From a virus (Duplodnaviria; Caudoviricetes): a stretch of DNA of 64,000 nucleotides. The stretch covers positions 54,645 through 118,644 of the IMG/VR virus record IMGVR_UViG_3300032321_000388; one strand, given 5' to 3'. Positions 19,986-30,300 of the stretch are shown here, in pieces (the first letter of the stretch is position 1; the number at the start of each line of letters is the position of its first letter). A program made the translations under genes and the position numbers. Under the pieces are notes generated by a model. It was not told the origin of the DNA and ran no database searches. It saw only the letters and a program-made list of their open reading frames with translations.

Positions 19986-20378
19986 ATGGCTCGCAATACC
20001 AGAACATTTTCAGACTTAGATCTCAACTTTACTAAACATCCAGTAACGAAGGATGTTGTTCGTAAGTTTGATGAGGAAGCTATTAAGGCTTCTGTTAAGA
20101 ATCTAGTTTTAACCCAAAATTACGAGAGACCGTTTCATTCAGAGATTGGTTCTCAAATTAGAGGTTTACTATTTGAACCAGCTACTCCTTTATTAAGTGT
20201 TATGCTTAAAAGAGCTATAACAGATACTATTATTAATTTTGAACCAAGAGTAAAACTTAATGAAGTATTAGTAACAGTTTCACCAGATAATAATGAAGTT
20301 TATGTGTCGATACATTTTACTATTATTAATACAATAAGACCTGTATCAGTCGACCTTATTTTAACGAGAACACGATAA
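19986..20378 (+). CDS. gp25: Baseplate wedge gp25
   Basis: FSDLDLNF..HPVTKD, AIKASVKNLVLT..YERPF, FEPRV. Confidence 0.95.
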   Translation: MARNTRTFSDLDLNFTKHPVTKDVVRKFDEEAIKASVKNLVLTQNYERPFHSEIGSQIRGLLFEPATPLLSVMLKRAITDTIINFEPRVKLNEVLVTVSPDNNEVYVSIHFTIINTIRPVSVDLILTRTR

Positions 20379-22225
20379 TGGCTACAAATAAAAATATCAC
20401 AGTTGCAGAGTTGGATTTTGATGCAATTAAGTCTAATATAAAAACATTCTTGAAAGCACAGTCAACTTTTGCTGACTACGACTTTGAAGGTGCCGGTCTT
20501 TCCGTACTTTTAGACATCCTTGCATACAATACTCATTACAACGCCCTATATACCAATCTAGCTGTCAATGAGTCCTTTTTGGATTCTGCCAGCAAACGAT
20601 CAAGCGTCGTTTCAAGGGCTAAAGAAATTGGGTATGTTCCACATTCAGCAACAGGAGCTACAGCAACAGTTAATATTGTAGTGTCTGGAACTACATCATC
20701 TCCAGCTACTTTAACATTACCTGCTTATAGTTCATTCTCGACAACTATTGATGGATCAAATTATACATTTTATAATACAGAAGCTATTGTTACTTCATTG
20801 TCAGGATCCACATATACATTTACTGAAGTTCAAATTAAAGAAGGTACTCCATTAACATTCAAGTATACTTCTGCAGATGGAGTTCAATATATACTTCCAA
20901 ATTCAAATGTAGATTTATCTACTTTAAAAGTTAGAGTGCAGGATAATGCATCATCTTCAAACTTTGAGACTTTTGTTAATCAAGAAGATATTATTAATCT
21001 TGATGGAGCATCACAAGTTTACTTTATTAAAGAAATTGAAGGTCAACTCTATGAATTAGAGTTTGGTAATGATACTATTGGTAAAGCTCTTATGAGTGGT
21101 AATGTAGTTAATCTAACCTATATGATAACAAATAAGACTGAAGGTAATGGAGCTAGACTATTCACATATACTGGTTCTACTTTATTAGGTGGAGTAGTTG
21201 CAATAACTACTACAACTCCAGCAGTTGGCGGAGCTGATATTGAATCTATTGATTCAGTTCGTTATAATGCTCCAAGGTCCTATGCTTCACAGAATAGAGC
21301 AGTTACAGTAGAAGACTATAAGTCAATTATATTTAGATTATATCCAGAAGCTAAGACTGTTAATGCTTGGGGTGGAGAAGACAACATTCCTCCTTCATAT
21401 GGTAGAATTTATCTATCAATTCAACCATCATCAACAGCAATTTTAACTGATGGCCAAAAAGAATATATTATTCGTGAGATATTAAAACAAAAGAATGTGG
21501 TATCAATTACTCCTGTTATTGTAGATCCAGAGTATATCAATCTTGAGATTAATACTTCAGTATATTATAATCCTCGTTTAACAGTCAAAACTGAAACAGA
21601 ATTAAAAGATTTAGTCATTAATACAATTAAAGCTTATAATGTAGAAAACCTTGAATCATTTACTGGTATCTTTAGACATTCAAATCTATCTTCACAGATT
21701 GATGCAACAGAAGATTCTATTATCAGTAATATTACAACAGTTAAATTACATCGTGAAATTGATGTTCAATATAATGCAAATTCAACATATACAATTTATT
21801 TAGGCAATCCTATCTATGATTCAGGAGTTCCTGAAGAATCTATAAAGTCTACTGGTTTCTATATTGCTGGCAATGAAAATATTATGTATCTTGAAGACTT
21901 ACCTACTTATGGTACATTTGTAGGTGTACTAAGAATGTATTACTATGTGGGCGATATTAAAACATATTACAGAACATTTGGTACTATTGATTATGCTACT
22001 GGTACTATAACTATGCCAGAATTAGAGATTACTGGTATTGATCAGACAACATCAGATATATTTGAATTGATTATTAAACCTCAATCAAATGATGTTGTAT
22101 CTATTCGTAATCAATTAGTAAATATTCCTGATTCACAGATTAATGTTTCAGTTATCCTTGATAAAGTATCTGTTGGTGATCCTGCAGGCGGTGCTAATTA
22201 TCAATTCACATCAAGCAGGAACTAA
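20378..22225 (+). CDS. gp6: Baseplate wedge gp6
   Basis: ELDFDAIK..., DYDFEGAGLSVLLDILAYNTHYN, QNRAVTVEDY, WGGEDN.PP.YG. Confidence 0.95.
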   Translation: MATNKNITVAELDFDAIKSNIKTFLKAQSTFADYDFEGAGLSVLLDILAYNTHYNALYTNLAVNESFLDSASKRSSVVSRAKEIGYVPHSATGATATVNIVVSGTTSSPATLTLPAYSSFSTTIDGSNYTFYNTEAIVTSLSGSTYTFTEVQIKEGTPLTFKYTSADGVQYILPNSNVDLSTLKVRVQDNASSSNFETFVNQEDIINLDGASQVYFIKEIEGQLYELEFGNDTIGKALMSGNVVNLTYMITNKTEGNGARLFTYTGSTLLGGVVAITTTTPAVGGADIESIDSVRYNAPRSYASQNRAVTVEDYKSIIFRLYPEAKTVNAWGGEDNIPPSYGRIYLSIQPSSTAILTDGQKEYIIREILKQKNVVSITPVIVDPEYINLEINTSVYYNPRLTVKTETELKDLVINTIKAYNVENLESFTGIFRHSNLSSQIDATEDSIISNITTVKLHREIDVQYNANSTYTIYLGNPIYDSGVPEESIKSTGFYIAGNENIMYLEDLPTYGTFVGVLRMYYYVGDIKTYYRTFGTIDYATGTITMPELEITGIDQTTSDIFELIIKPQSNDVVSIRNQLVNIPDSQINVSVILDKVSVGDPAGGANYQFTSSRN

Positions 22226-23799
22226 TGACGATTAATTTAAAATCGATAGTTTCAAAACAGATTCCTGAATTTGCTAGGGAAGACTATCCATTATTTGTAG
22301 CCTTTATTGAGGCATACTATGAATATATGGATAAGAAGACATTTACAGTTGGAGCTTCAGGCCCAACTTATCTTGGCGGTAATCAGCAGAGAAACTTAGA
22401 AACTATAAGAGATATAGATCAGACTCTTGATGAATATATTCAATTTTTTAAAAATGAACTTGATGTATTTGGCGATAACTATGAATTTATTAATCAAAAG
22501 TTATTATTAAGAAAAGTTAAACAGTTATTTGTAGCTAAAGGTGTTGAATCATCATATAAGTTCTTATTCAAATTATTATATAATAAAGTAGCTGAGATCT
22601 CATATCCATGGGATTCAGTACTTAAAGCTTCAGATGGTAAATGGCAGCAAGAAATGTCAGTGTTTGTAGATGTTTCTGCTGGATCAACATCAGTCTTACC
22701 TGGAAATCGAGTATCAATTAAAGGTACTAATGTTTCAATTAAAGTTTTTATTGAACGTATTAAGTATATCAGAGGTAATATCTGGGAAGTTTTTATTAAT
22801 AAGAACTACTATGGTAATATTGAAGTTGGAAATACAATTGAGTATGAAGGATTAGTTGGAACAATTATTCCTACCACAGTATCATATACAGTAACTCAAC
22901 CAAGTACTGGATATAAGATTGGTGACTTAATTACAGGCACAACTGTTTCTAATGGTGTATCTATTACTCAACTTTTAAAAGTTACAAGAGTAGATGAAAA
23001 TGGTGGAATTGTTAACATAGTAACAGTCAGATATGGGTGTGGATATGATTCTGGTTTCTATTTACTTCAATCAAATGAACCTATTATTGCAACATCTACA
23101 TTAGCAATTACAAAGAATTCAACTCTTCAATATTCATTGCCTAATGATTCTATTGTAGAAAAATATGATGACTATGGTTATGTGATGGATCCTAATTATG
23201 TTGAGATAGCTCATGCTGATCCATCATATGTTGGTACTATTATTCAACAATTCTATGAGCAATCTATAAGTGGACAAGGAAATAACCCCGATTATCTATT
23301 AATTAGATTTGATATTGGAGCGGTTGCTAAATATCAAGGTCATTATAACTCCAATGATGGGTTCCTTGATGATGATATCTTTATCCAAGATAGTTATAGA
23401 TGGCAAAAATACTCATATCTAATTACAGTTGATGAGAAACTTGATAAGTACAAAGCTCTTATCAAATCTTATCTCCATCCAGCCGGTACTGCTCTTTTTG
23501 GTGAATATCAGATCCAAAATACTTATGAACCAGGAGTTACTGCATCTCTAGAATTAGATCAATGGAGAGGCAAAGCTACCTTTAGAACTATAAATAAAGC
23601 TATTAGTGGCAATGATTATGTATATCCATCTGATTTGGGTGGAAGAATTAGAATAGAACCATATGATGCAGAAGACTATATGATGCCAGAAGAATACTAC
23701 AACCCACCAATAACCTATACATTCTTTGGTGACGGTAGGAATAACTTAACAACAACGGTGACAGTAACTGACTCTTCACCAAATATTACAGGACCATAG
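22225..23799 (+). CDS. gp7: Baseplate wedge initiator, gp7-like
   Basis: QIPEFAREDYP.FVAFIEAYYEY, KG..SYKFLFKLLY, LKASDGKW, IQDSY.WQ.YSY, HPAGT..FG. Confidence 0.75.
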   Translation: MTINLKSIVSKQIPEFAREDYPLFVAFIEAYYEYMDKKTFTVGASGPTYLGGNQQRNLETIRDIDQTLDEYIQFFKNELDVFGDNYEFINQKLLLRKVKQLFVAKGVESSYKFLFKLLYNKVAEISYPWDSVLKASDGKWQQEMSVFVDVSAGSTSVLPGNRVSIKGTNVSIKVFIERIKYIRGNIWEVFINKNYYGNIEVGNTIEYEGLVGTIIPTTVSYTVTQPSTGYKIGDLITGTTVSNGVSITQLLKVTRVDENGGIVNIVTVRYGCGYDSGFYLLQSNEPIIATSTLAITKNSTLQYSLPNDSIVEKYDDYGYVMDPNYVEIAHADPSYVGTIIQQFYEQSISGQGNNPDYLLIRFDIGAVAKYQGHYNSNDGFLDDDIFIQDSYRWQKYSYLITVDEKLDKYKALIKSYLHPAGTALFGEYQIQNTYEPGVTASLELDQWRGKATFRTINKAISGNDYVYPSDLGGRIRIEPYDAEDYMMPEEYYNPPITYTFFGDGRNNLTTTVTVTDSSPNITGP

Positions 23800-23808
23800 G
23801 AGTAAATA

Positions 23809-24525
23809 ATGCTTAAAGACAGTATCAAATTAACGGGTAAATTGTTAATACAAAAATTTAATAATAAGAAAGAACTAGTATATTCTACTGAAGTTCCAAA
23901 TCTTGTTGTAACGGCAGGTAAAGAATTCATTGCATCTAGAATTGTGAATTCTTTAACATTTGATCCAATGAACTATATGGCTATTGGCGATGATGCACAA
24001 GTTGGTGCCTTATCACAAACAACTCTAGTTAATGAATTAGCTCGCGTAACAACAACTTCATCAACAGCTTCAGGTGTCAATGTAACTTTTACTGGAACTT
24101 TTGGTGCTGGTACAGGTACAGGTTCAATAGTTGAAGCTGGGGTATTTAATAAGTCTTCATCTTCAGTTTTAGTATTTGACGGTGATACTGCGGTGGATGA
24201 TGGAGCACATAAAATTACATATACAGCACATGGCTTAGTATCTGGCGATAAGATTACATATACAGACGGCGGAGGTACCGCGGTTGTAGGTTTGACTGAT
24301 GGTGGTACATACTATGTTGTTCGTGTAGATGCTGATAATATTAAATTAGCAACAACTTATGCATTTGCTACAGCAGGTAGTCCAACTACTATTGGTATTA
24401 CATCAGGTGTTGGTTCAAATCATAAGATTACTTATGGTACTATGCTTTGCCGTACTACATTCCCTGTTATTACAAAATCAGGTTCAGAAACTATTGCTAT
24501 CTCTTGGGTTGTTACTGTAGGATAA
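23809..24525 (+). CDS. Virion structural protein with an inserted beta module
   Basis: NLVVTAGK..IASR, MAIG, EAGVFN...GTMLCRTTFPVITK, interrupted by an HGL.SGD.I.Y...YYVV module. Confidence 0.7.
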   Translation: MLKDSIKLTGKLLIQKFNNKKELVYSTEVPNLVVTAGKEFIASRIVNSLTFDPMNYMAIGDDAQVGALSQTTLVNELARVTTTSSTASGVNVTFTGTFGAGTGTGSIVEAGVFNKSSSSVLVFDGDTAVDDGAHKITYTAHGLVSGDKITYTDGGGTAVVGLTDGGTYYVVRVDADNIKLATTYAFATAGSPTTIGITSGVGSNHKITYGTMLCRTTFPVITKSGSETIAISWVVTVG

Positions 24526-24529
24526 TAAA

Positions 24530-27298
24530 ATGCCATCATCATATTCAATGTTTAAACAGAAGTTCAAAAAGACCATCGCGGATGCGGTGTATCAGGAAGT
24601 AACTTCTAAGACAGCTCGATACTATCATTGGTTTGGTAAAGAAAATACATGGCAAGATTTCTTAAGTCCATTTATTCCATCTGGCACTACTGATACTCCT
24701 GGAGCTCCTTCAGAAAATTTCCGTTATGAACTTCATGTTCGTCGAGACATTCTTACTGCCAAATTAATTAAACCTTCTGATGTATCATACGTTACTAGAA
24801 GAGTTGATTGGACTAATGGAACTGTTTTTGACATATATGATGATGCTTATGAAGCTACAAATGGATATGGCTATGGTCCAGCCTATTCTGGAGCAATTCG
24901 TTTAGAAGATGCAAACTTCTATGTACTTACAAATGAATATAATGTTTATAAATGTATAGATAATAATGATAATTCTCCATCTACGTATCAACCTACTGGT
25001 ACTACACCTGATGTATTTGAAACAACCGATGGTTATAAATGGAAATTTATGTATGGTATTCCTGTTTCATTAAGAAATAGATTCTTATCATCAACATATA
25101 TGCCAGTTTCAACATCTTTAAAAGCACAGTTCTATTCTTCAGGTTCTATTAATAATATTGCTATTGAGAATGGTGGAGGAGGATATAATCCAGGAACTAC
25201 CATAGCAGTTATTAGTGGTGATGGTTATAAAGAATTTAATCCATATTTAATTAGTTCTATCACAACTACAAATGGTGGTCAAGGATTTACTACAATTCCA
25301 GCAATTACAATTGAACCTCCTTTTTCAAGTGCGATTGCATGGTCATCTGCAGCAAATGTTCCTCTTGGAAGTTATGTTAGCTATTTAAATCCAGCCACAT
25401 TAAAAACAAATTTCTATTACGTTTTATCTGGTACTAAATTAGGTACTTCAGGTCCTATTCATACAACTGGAACTATTACAAATGGTGGCACTCAATTAAG
25501 ATATTCTGGAACTACAGCAACAGCAGAATGTGTATTATCAAGCGGTGCAGTTGGTACTGTATCTTTAATTGACGGCGGTTATGGTTATCAAGATGCACCA
25601 ACTGTTACAGCAGATTATCCTATTACAAAAGATGCTGATTGGGTTACATTAACAACAGCAGTATTAGGTGATATTCTTAAATATGATGGAAGATATTACG
25701 AAGTTACTTTAGCTGGAACTACAGGAGCTTCTGGTCCAACTCATACAACAGGCGAAGTTTTAAATGGTTCATCAAAATTAACATACTTAGGTAAAGATGC
25801 AGTATTAACTCCAGTTATTGTAAAAACTGAAGCAGAAATATCATTAGTTATTTCTCCTGGAATTGATAGCTTATATTCAGTATCTATAGGTTTGACCGGT
25901 TCTAAATACGTAGAAATTCCAACGGTAACAATTGATGCTCCAGGTTCTGGAATACAAGCTGAAGCAGAAGCTTCTATAGCGGGTGGTAAAGTAACTCTTA
26001 TTAGTGTTATTAATCCTGGAAATGGTTATATATCTGTCCCGTTAATAACAATAACAAATCCTAAAATTACTTTTAATGCTGCCACAGGTCTTAACGATGT
26101 AACAGAAGTTATTAGTTATACTGGGCATAGACTAGTTACCGGCGATGCCGTTGTATATAACAATGGAGGTGGAACATCTATTGGTGGTTTAACATCAACA
26201 AATACTTATTATGTTATTAAAGTAAATGATGATTCATTTAGACTTGCCACATCAGCAATAAATGCAACAAATGGAACATATATTAATCTAACAGATGGCA
26301 TTGGTTCAGCCCATACTTTAACACTTACATCTGGAAATGCTACTGCAACAGCAATTCTTGGTACTGGTGGTGAAATTGTAGGATATAGCATTGATGATGC
26401 TGGTATTGGATATACTAATGCAAATATTGAGATTGTTGATTCATCTGGATCTGGTTCAGGAGCAGTTTTAGTTCCTGACTTCTCAGTTGGTAATGTTGAT
26501 ACATTACAGGCAAACGTTGAGCTGCTTGCAGTTCCAGGTTCTATTGAACTTATTAAAGTAGTAGACGGTGGTACTGGATACGGAGGAGCAACTGCTACTA
26601 TTTTAGGAGATGGCATTGGAGCTACCGCTGATATTATTTGTTCGGGTGGTAAGGTAACTAAAGTAGTCATAACAAATCCAGGTTCTGGTTACACATGGAC
26701 AGATGTTCAGATTACAGGTAATACAGGTTCATCTGGAGCAGTTGTAAGAGCTATTATGTCTCCATTAGGAGGTCATGGTTCAAATGCTATTGATGAGCTA
26801 AATGCCAATTCAATTGTATTCTATACATCTATATCACGAGATAAGAATCAAGGCATTGAAATTAACAATGACTATCGTAAGGTAGGTCTTGTTCGTAACT
26901 TTAAACAGTTTGGTTCTAATAGAAGATTTACAGATGACATTGGATCTGGTTGTGTACTTATTACTGGTACTTTTGATCCAACAAAAATTCAATATGATAT
27001 GTTATTATTAAAAGATGGATATAAGAAGTATCGTGTTGTTGACTTTACAGATACTCAGATCTTATTATCAGTATTCAATAACTTTTCTGTTTCTATTGGT
27101 GATACATTAGTTACAGATCCTACAGATGCTGGATTAATTACAGCCCCATCCGTAATTGCACAGAATATTATTGTAACAAGTGTATCAGAACGAACTATCG
27201 ATCAATTCTCAGGCGACTTCTTGTTCTTCTCAGTAAGAGAACCATATTCTCCTACAGCAGAGCAAATTATTACCGTAAGAACTGTCCTAACAATATAA
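24530..27298 (+). CDS. gp8: Baseplate wedge gp8, expanded with inserted modules
   Basis: DVSYV.RR.DW, FYVLTNEYNVYKCIDNN, DGYKWKFMY, GGHGSNAIDEL, DYRKVGL. Confidence 0.85.
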   Translation: MPSSYSMFKQKFKKTIADAVYQEVTSKTARYYHWFGKENTWQDFLSPFIPSGTTDTPGAPSENFRYELHVRRDILTAKLIKPSDVSYVTRRVDWTNGTVFDIYDDAYEATNGYGYGPAYSGAIRLEDANFYVLTNEYNVYKCIDNNDNSPSTYQPTGTTPDVFETTDGYKWKFMYGIPVSLRNRFLSSTYMPVSTSLKAQFYSSGSINNIAIENGGGGYNPGTTIAVISGDGYKEFNPYLISSITTTNGGQGFTTIPAITIEPPFSSAIAWSSAANVPLGSYVSYLNPATLKTNFYYVLSGTKLGTSGPIHTTGTITNGGTQLRYSGTTATAECVLSSGAVGTVSLIDGGYGYQDAPTVTADYPITKDADWVTLTTAVLGDILKYDGRYYEVTLAGTTGASGPTHTTGEVLNGSSKLTYLGKDAVLTPVIVKTEAEISLVISPGIDSLYSVSIGLTGSKYVEIPTVTIDAPGSGIQAEAEASIAGGKVTLISVINPGNGYISVPLITITNPKITFNAATGLNDVTEVISYTGHRLVTGDAVVYNNGGGTSIGGLTSTNTYYVIKVNDDSFRLATSAINATNGTYINLTDGIGSAHTLTLTSGNATATAILGTGGEIVGYSIDDAGIGYTNANIEIVDSSGSGSGAVLVPDFSVGNVDTLQANVELLAVPGSIELIKVVDGGTGYGGATATILGDGIGATADIICSGGKVTKVVITNPGSGYTWTDVQITGNTGSSGAVVRAIMSPLGGHGSNAIDELNANSIVFYTSISRDKNQGIEINNDYRKVGLVRNFKQFGSNRRFTDDIGSGCVLITGTFDPTKIQYDMLLLKDGYKKYRVVDFTDTQILLSVFNNFSVSIGDTLVTDPTDAGLITAPSVIAQNIIVTSVSERTIDQFSGDFLFFSVREPYSPTAEQIITVRTVLTI

Positions 27299-27301
27299 AT
27301 A
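27294..27301 (+). promoter_or_regulatory. Late promoter
   Basis: TATAAATA upstream of the large structural gene. Confidence 0.7.
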
Positions 27302-27327
27302 TATAAAATCAACTGGAAGAGTAATTT

Positions 27328-30300
27328 ATGGCACTTAATTTTAATACCAATCCCTACTATGACGACTTTGACGATACCAAGAATTATCATCGAATTCTAT
27401 TCCGTCCCGGTTTTGCTGTTCAAGCAAGGGAGTTAACTCAACTTCAAACACAAATCCAAGATCAGATTAATAGATTTGGCAGACATATATTTACTAGCGG
27501 ATCTATTGTTACCGGTGGAGCAAGATTATTTGATAATAATCTTCTTTCAATTAAGTTAGCTTCTACTTATTCTGGTACTACAGTTAATCTTCAAAACTTT
27601 GTTGGTAAAACTATTACTGGTGCATCATCAGGTACTATAGCTGTAGTTAAATCTATTGCAGATATTACTTCAACTGATCCTAAAACTCTTTTAGTTAAGA
27701 TTACTTCTGGTACTGCATTTACTGCTGGTGAGAATATTACAACATCACCTGGAACAGTCTATAATGCAACAATTCAGAATACATTACCGTTTAATAGTGC
27801 AATGGTATTCTCAATTGATTCTGGTATCTTCTTTGTTGATGGTAAGTTTATCTATTTAGAAGCTCAGACAATCAATGTTGACAAGTATACAAATACATCA
27901 TCAAAGAATATTGGTTTAGTTTTAAATGAATCAATTATTACTTCAGATAACGATTTATCTATTTTAGATCGGGCACAAGGTTCTCCAAACTATGCAGCTC
28001 CTGGCGCAGATCGTTATGCTGCAACATTAACACTAACTGTTAAAGCTTTAGCTGATGATGTTGAAAACTTTATTGAGATTGCCCGTGTAGTTGATGGAGC
28101 TCTTGTTGTTAATCAAGACAAGACAGTTTATTCAGAGATTGGTAAAGAACTTGCTCGTAGAACATATGATGAGTCAGGTGACTACACAGTTAAGAAATGG
28201 CCTATTCAAATATCAGATGATGTTACAGATCCTTCTGATCCAACTAAATTTACAGTAGCTCTTGATCCAGGTAAAGCATACGTTAAAGGATATGAATTTG
28301 GTACTATCAATCAAACATTCCTTACGTTAGATCGTGCAAGAGATACTGAACAAGCAGATAACATTGATGTTTCTACTACTTATGGTAACTATGTTTATGT
28401 GACAAGTATGTTTGGAGCATTCTCAACTAATGCTACTTCATCAGCATATTCATCAGTGGAAATTCATAACGTAGCAAGAGCTTCAGTATCAAGTTCATCA
28501 ACTAAACTTGGTACTGCAAAAGTTAGATTTGTAAATTGGGTATCAGGTACTCCAGGTACTGCAGCGATCTATAAGATGTACCTATTTGATATTGTAATGG
28601 ATTCAGGTAAATTCTTTAAAGATGCTGAATCTATTATCATCAACTCAGCTTCACCCACATCTGGCGCTAATGTTGATGTATTATCAAAGGTTGGTGGTTC
28701 AGCTGGAGGAGATGCGTTCCTTTCAGGTGCTGATAGTCCAGGTTTAGTATTCCAAGTACCCAATGACTATATCAAAACAATTAGAGATAGTTTAAATGCT
28801 ACTCAGTCTGATTATGCAATACAAAGAACATTTACTTCAGTATCATTTACATCTGGTACTGCTTCTATCTCAACAGCAAATGGATTAGAAAGATTTATTG
28901 GTGGATCTGGAGCTTTATCTGATACACAAAAAGATATGTATTATCATGCAGTAATTACTGCTGTTACAAATGCTGGTTCAACTGGTTTATCTATTGGTTC
29001 AGTTATTCCATTCCGTTCAGCATCAACTAGATCTATCACACTCGCAACTCCAGTTTCAGGAGCAGCGCATCAAGCAACATTTAATATTAATGATGCATCA
29101 TTTGCTGCAACAGTAACTATCATTGCTGGTATTAATGCAAATACACAAACAGAAAAGACTAAGACATTATCTGGATACTCAATCAAGATTTTAGGTACAG
29201 GTTCTGCTGGTGGTTTAAATACAACAATTGGCGGTAAAGATACATTAGCATTATCAGACATATATGATATTGCTGGTATCTATAATACCAGTACAACTAA
29301 TCCAACTGCAGTAACTATTAATAGTACTACTGGTGCTCTTACATGGGGTGCAGTATCTCATACTGACGTAACTGCAAATTATATAATTGATAATGGACAA
29401 CGTGCTGAATACTATAATCATGGTAGCTTAATTCTTAACGGAACAGCTCCTACAGCATCACATTATCTATTAGTAGTATATAGAAACTTTGCTCATTCAG
29501 GTAATGGTTTCTTATCAGTCAATTCATATGGTATTGACTATGCAGATATTCCGCAATTTACAGATCCTGCATCTGGTCAAATATATGAATTAAGAGATTG
29601 TATTGACTTTAGACCAAGACGCGCAGATGGCTCAACAGCTCTTAACAATGGTCAAGTACCTTCACCAGATGGAACATTTAACGCAGATTATCAATACTAT
29701 TTAGGTCGTATTGATAAGATTATTGCAACTTCTGATCAACAATTCATGGTTAAGAAGGGTATTGCAGCAATTTATCCAACTATTCCAACTGATGAATCAA
29801 ATGGCATGGCAATCTATAATGTTGTTATTCCTCCATATACAGCTGATGTTAAAGATATTCAAATTAAATATATTGAAAACAAACGATATACTATGCGTGA
29901 TATTGGACGTTTAGAAAAACGCATTGGTAATCTTGAATATTATACACAATTATCTCTATTAGAGAAACAAGCTAAAGATACATCAATTCCGGATGCATCT
30001 AATTTTGAAAAATTTAAAAATGGTTTTGTTGTTGATACATTTACTTCAGCTGACATCTTTGCTACTTCAGCAGTGACATGGTCACAAAGACGATGGGGTT
30101 GGTGGTCAGCATGGTTTAATGGTTCAAATACTTGGGGTGGAACTGCAACAAACTACAATGAGAATTCAATAGCTCAGGCTGCAGATCCTGATTTCTTAGC
30201 AGCAATTGATCCTATTAATCAAGAATTGCGTGCTCCATTTACAGTTGAATTTAGTCAATTTGATACATCAACATTAACAGATACTGCAAAGACTGGTGAT

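Noticed and set aside
23589-23596. Intragenic TATAAATA copies (also 42403 and 58652)
   Set aside because: They lie inside coding sequence of an AT-rich genome and may be chance matches, so they were not called as promoters.
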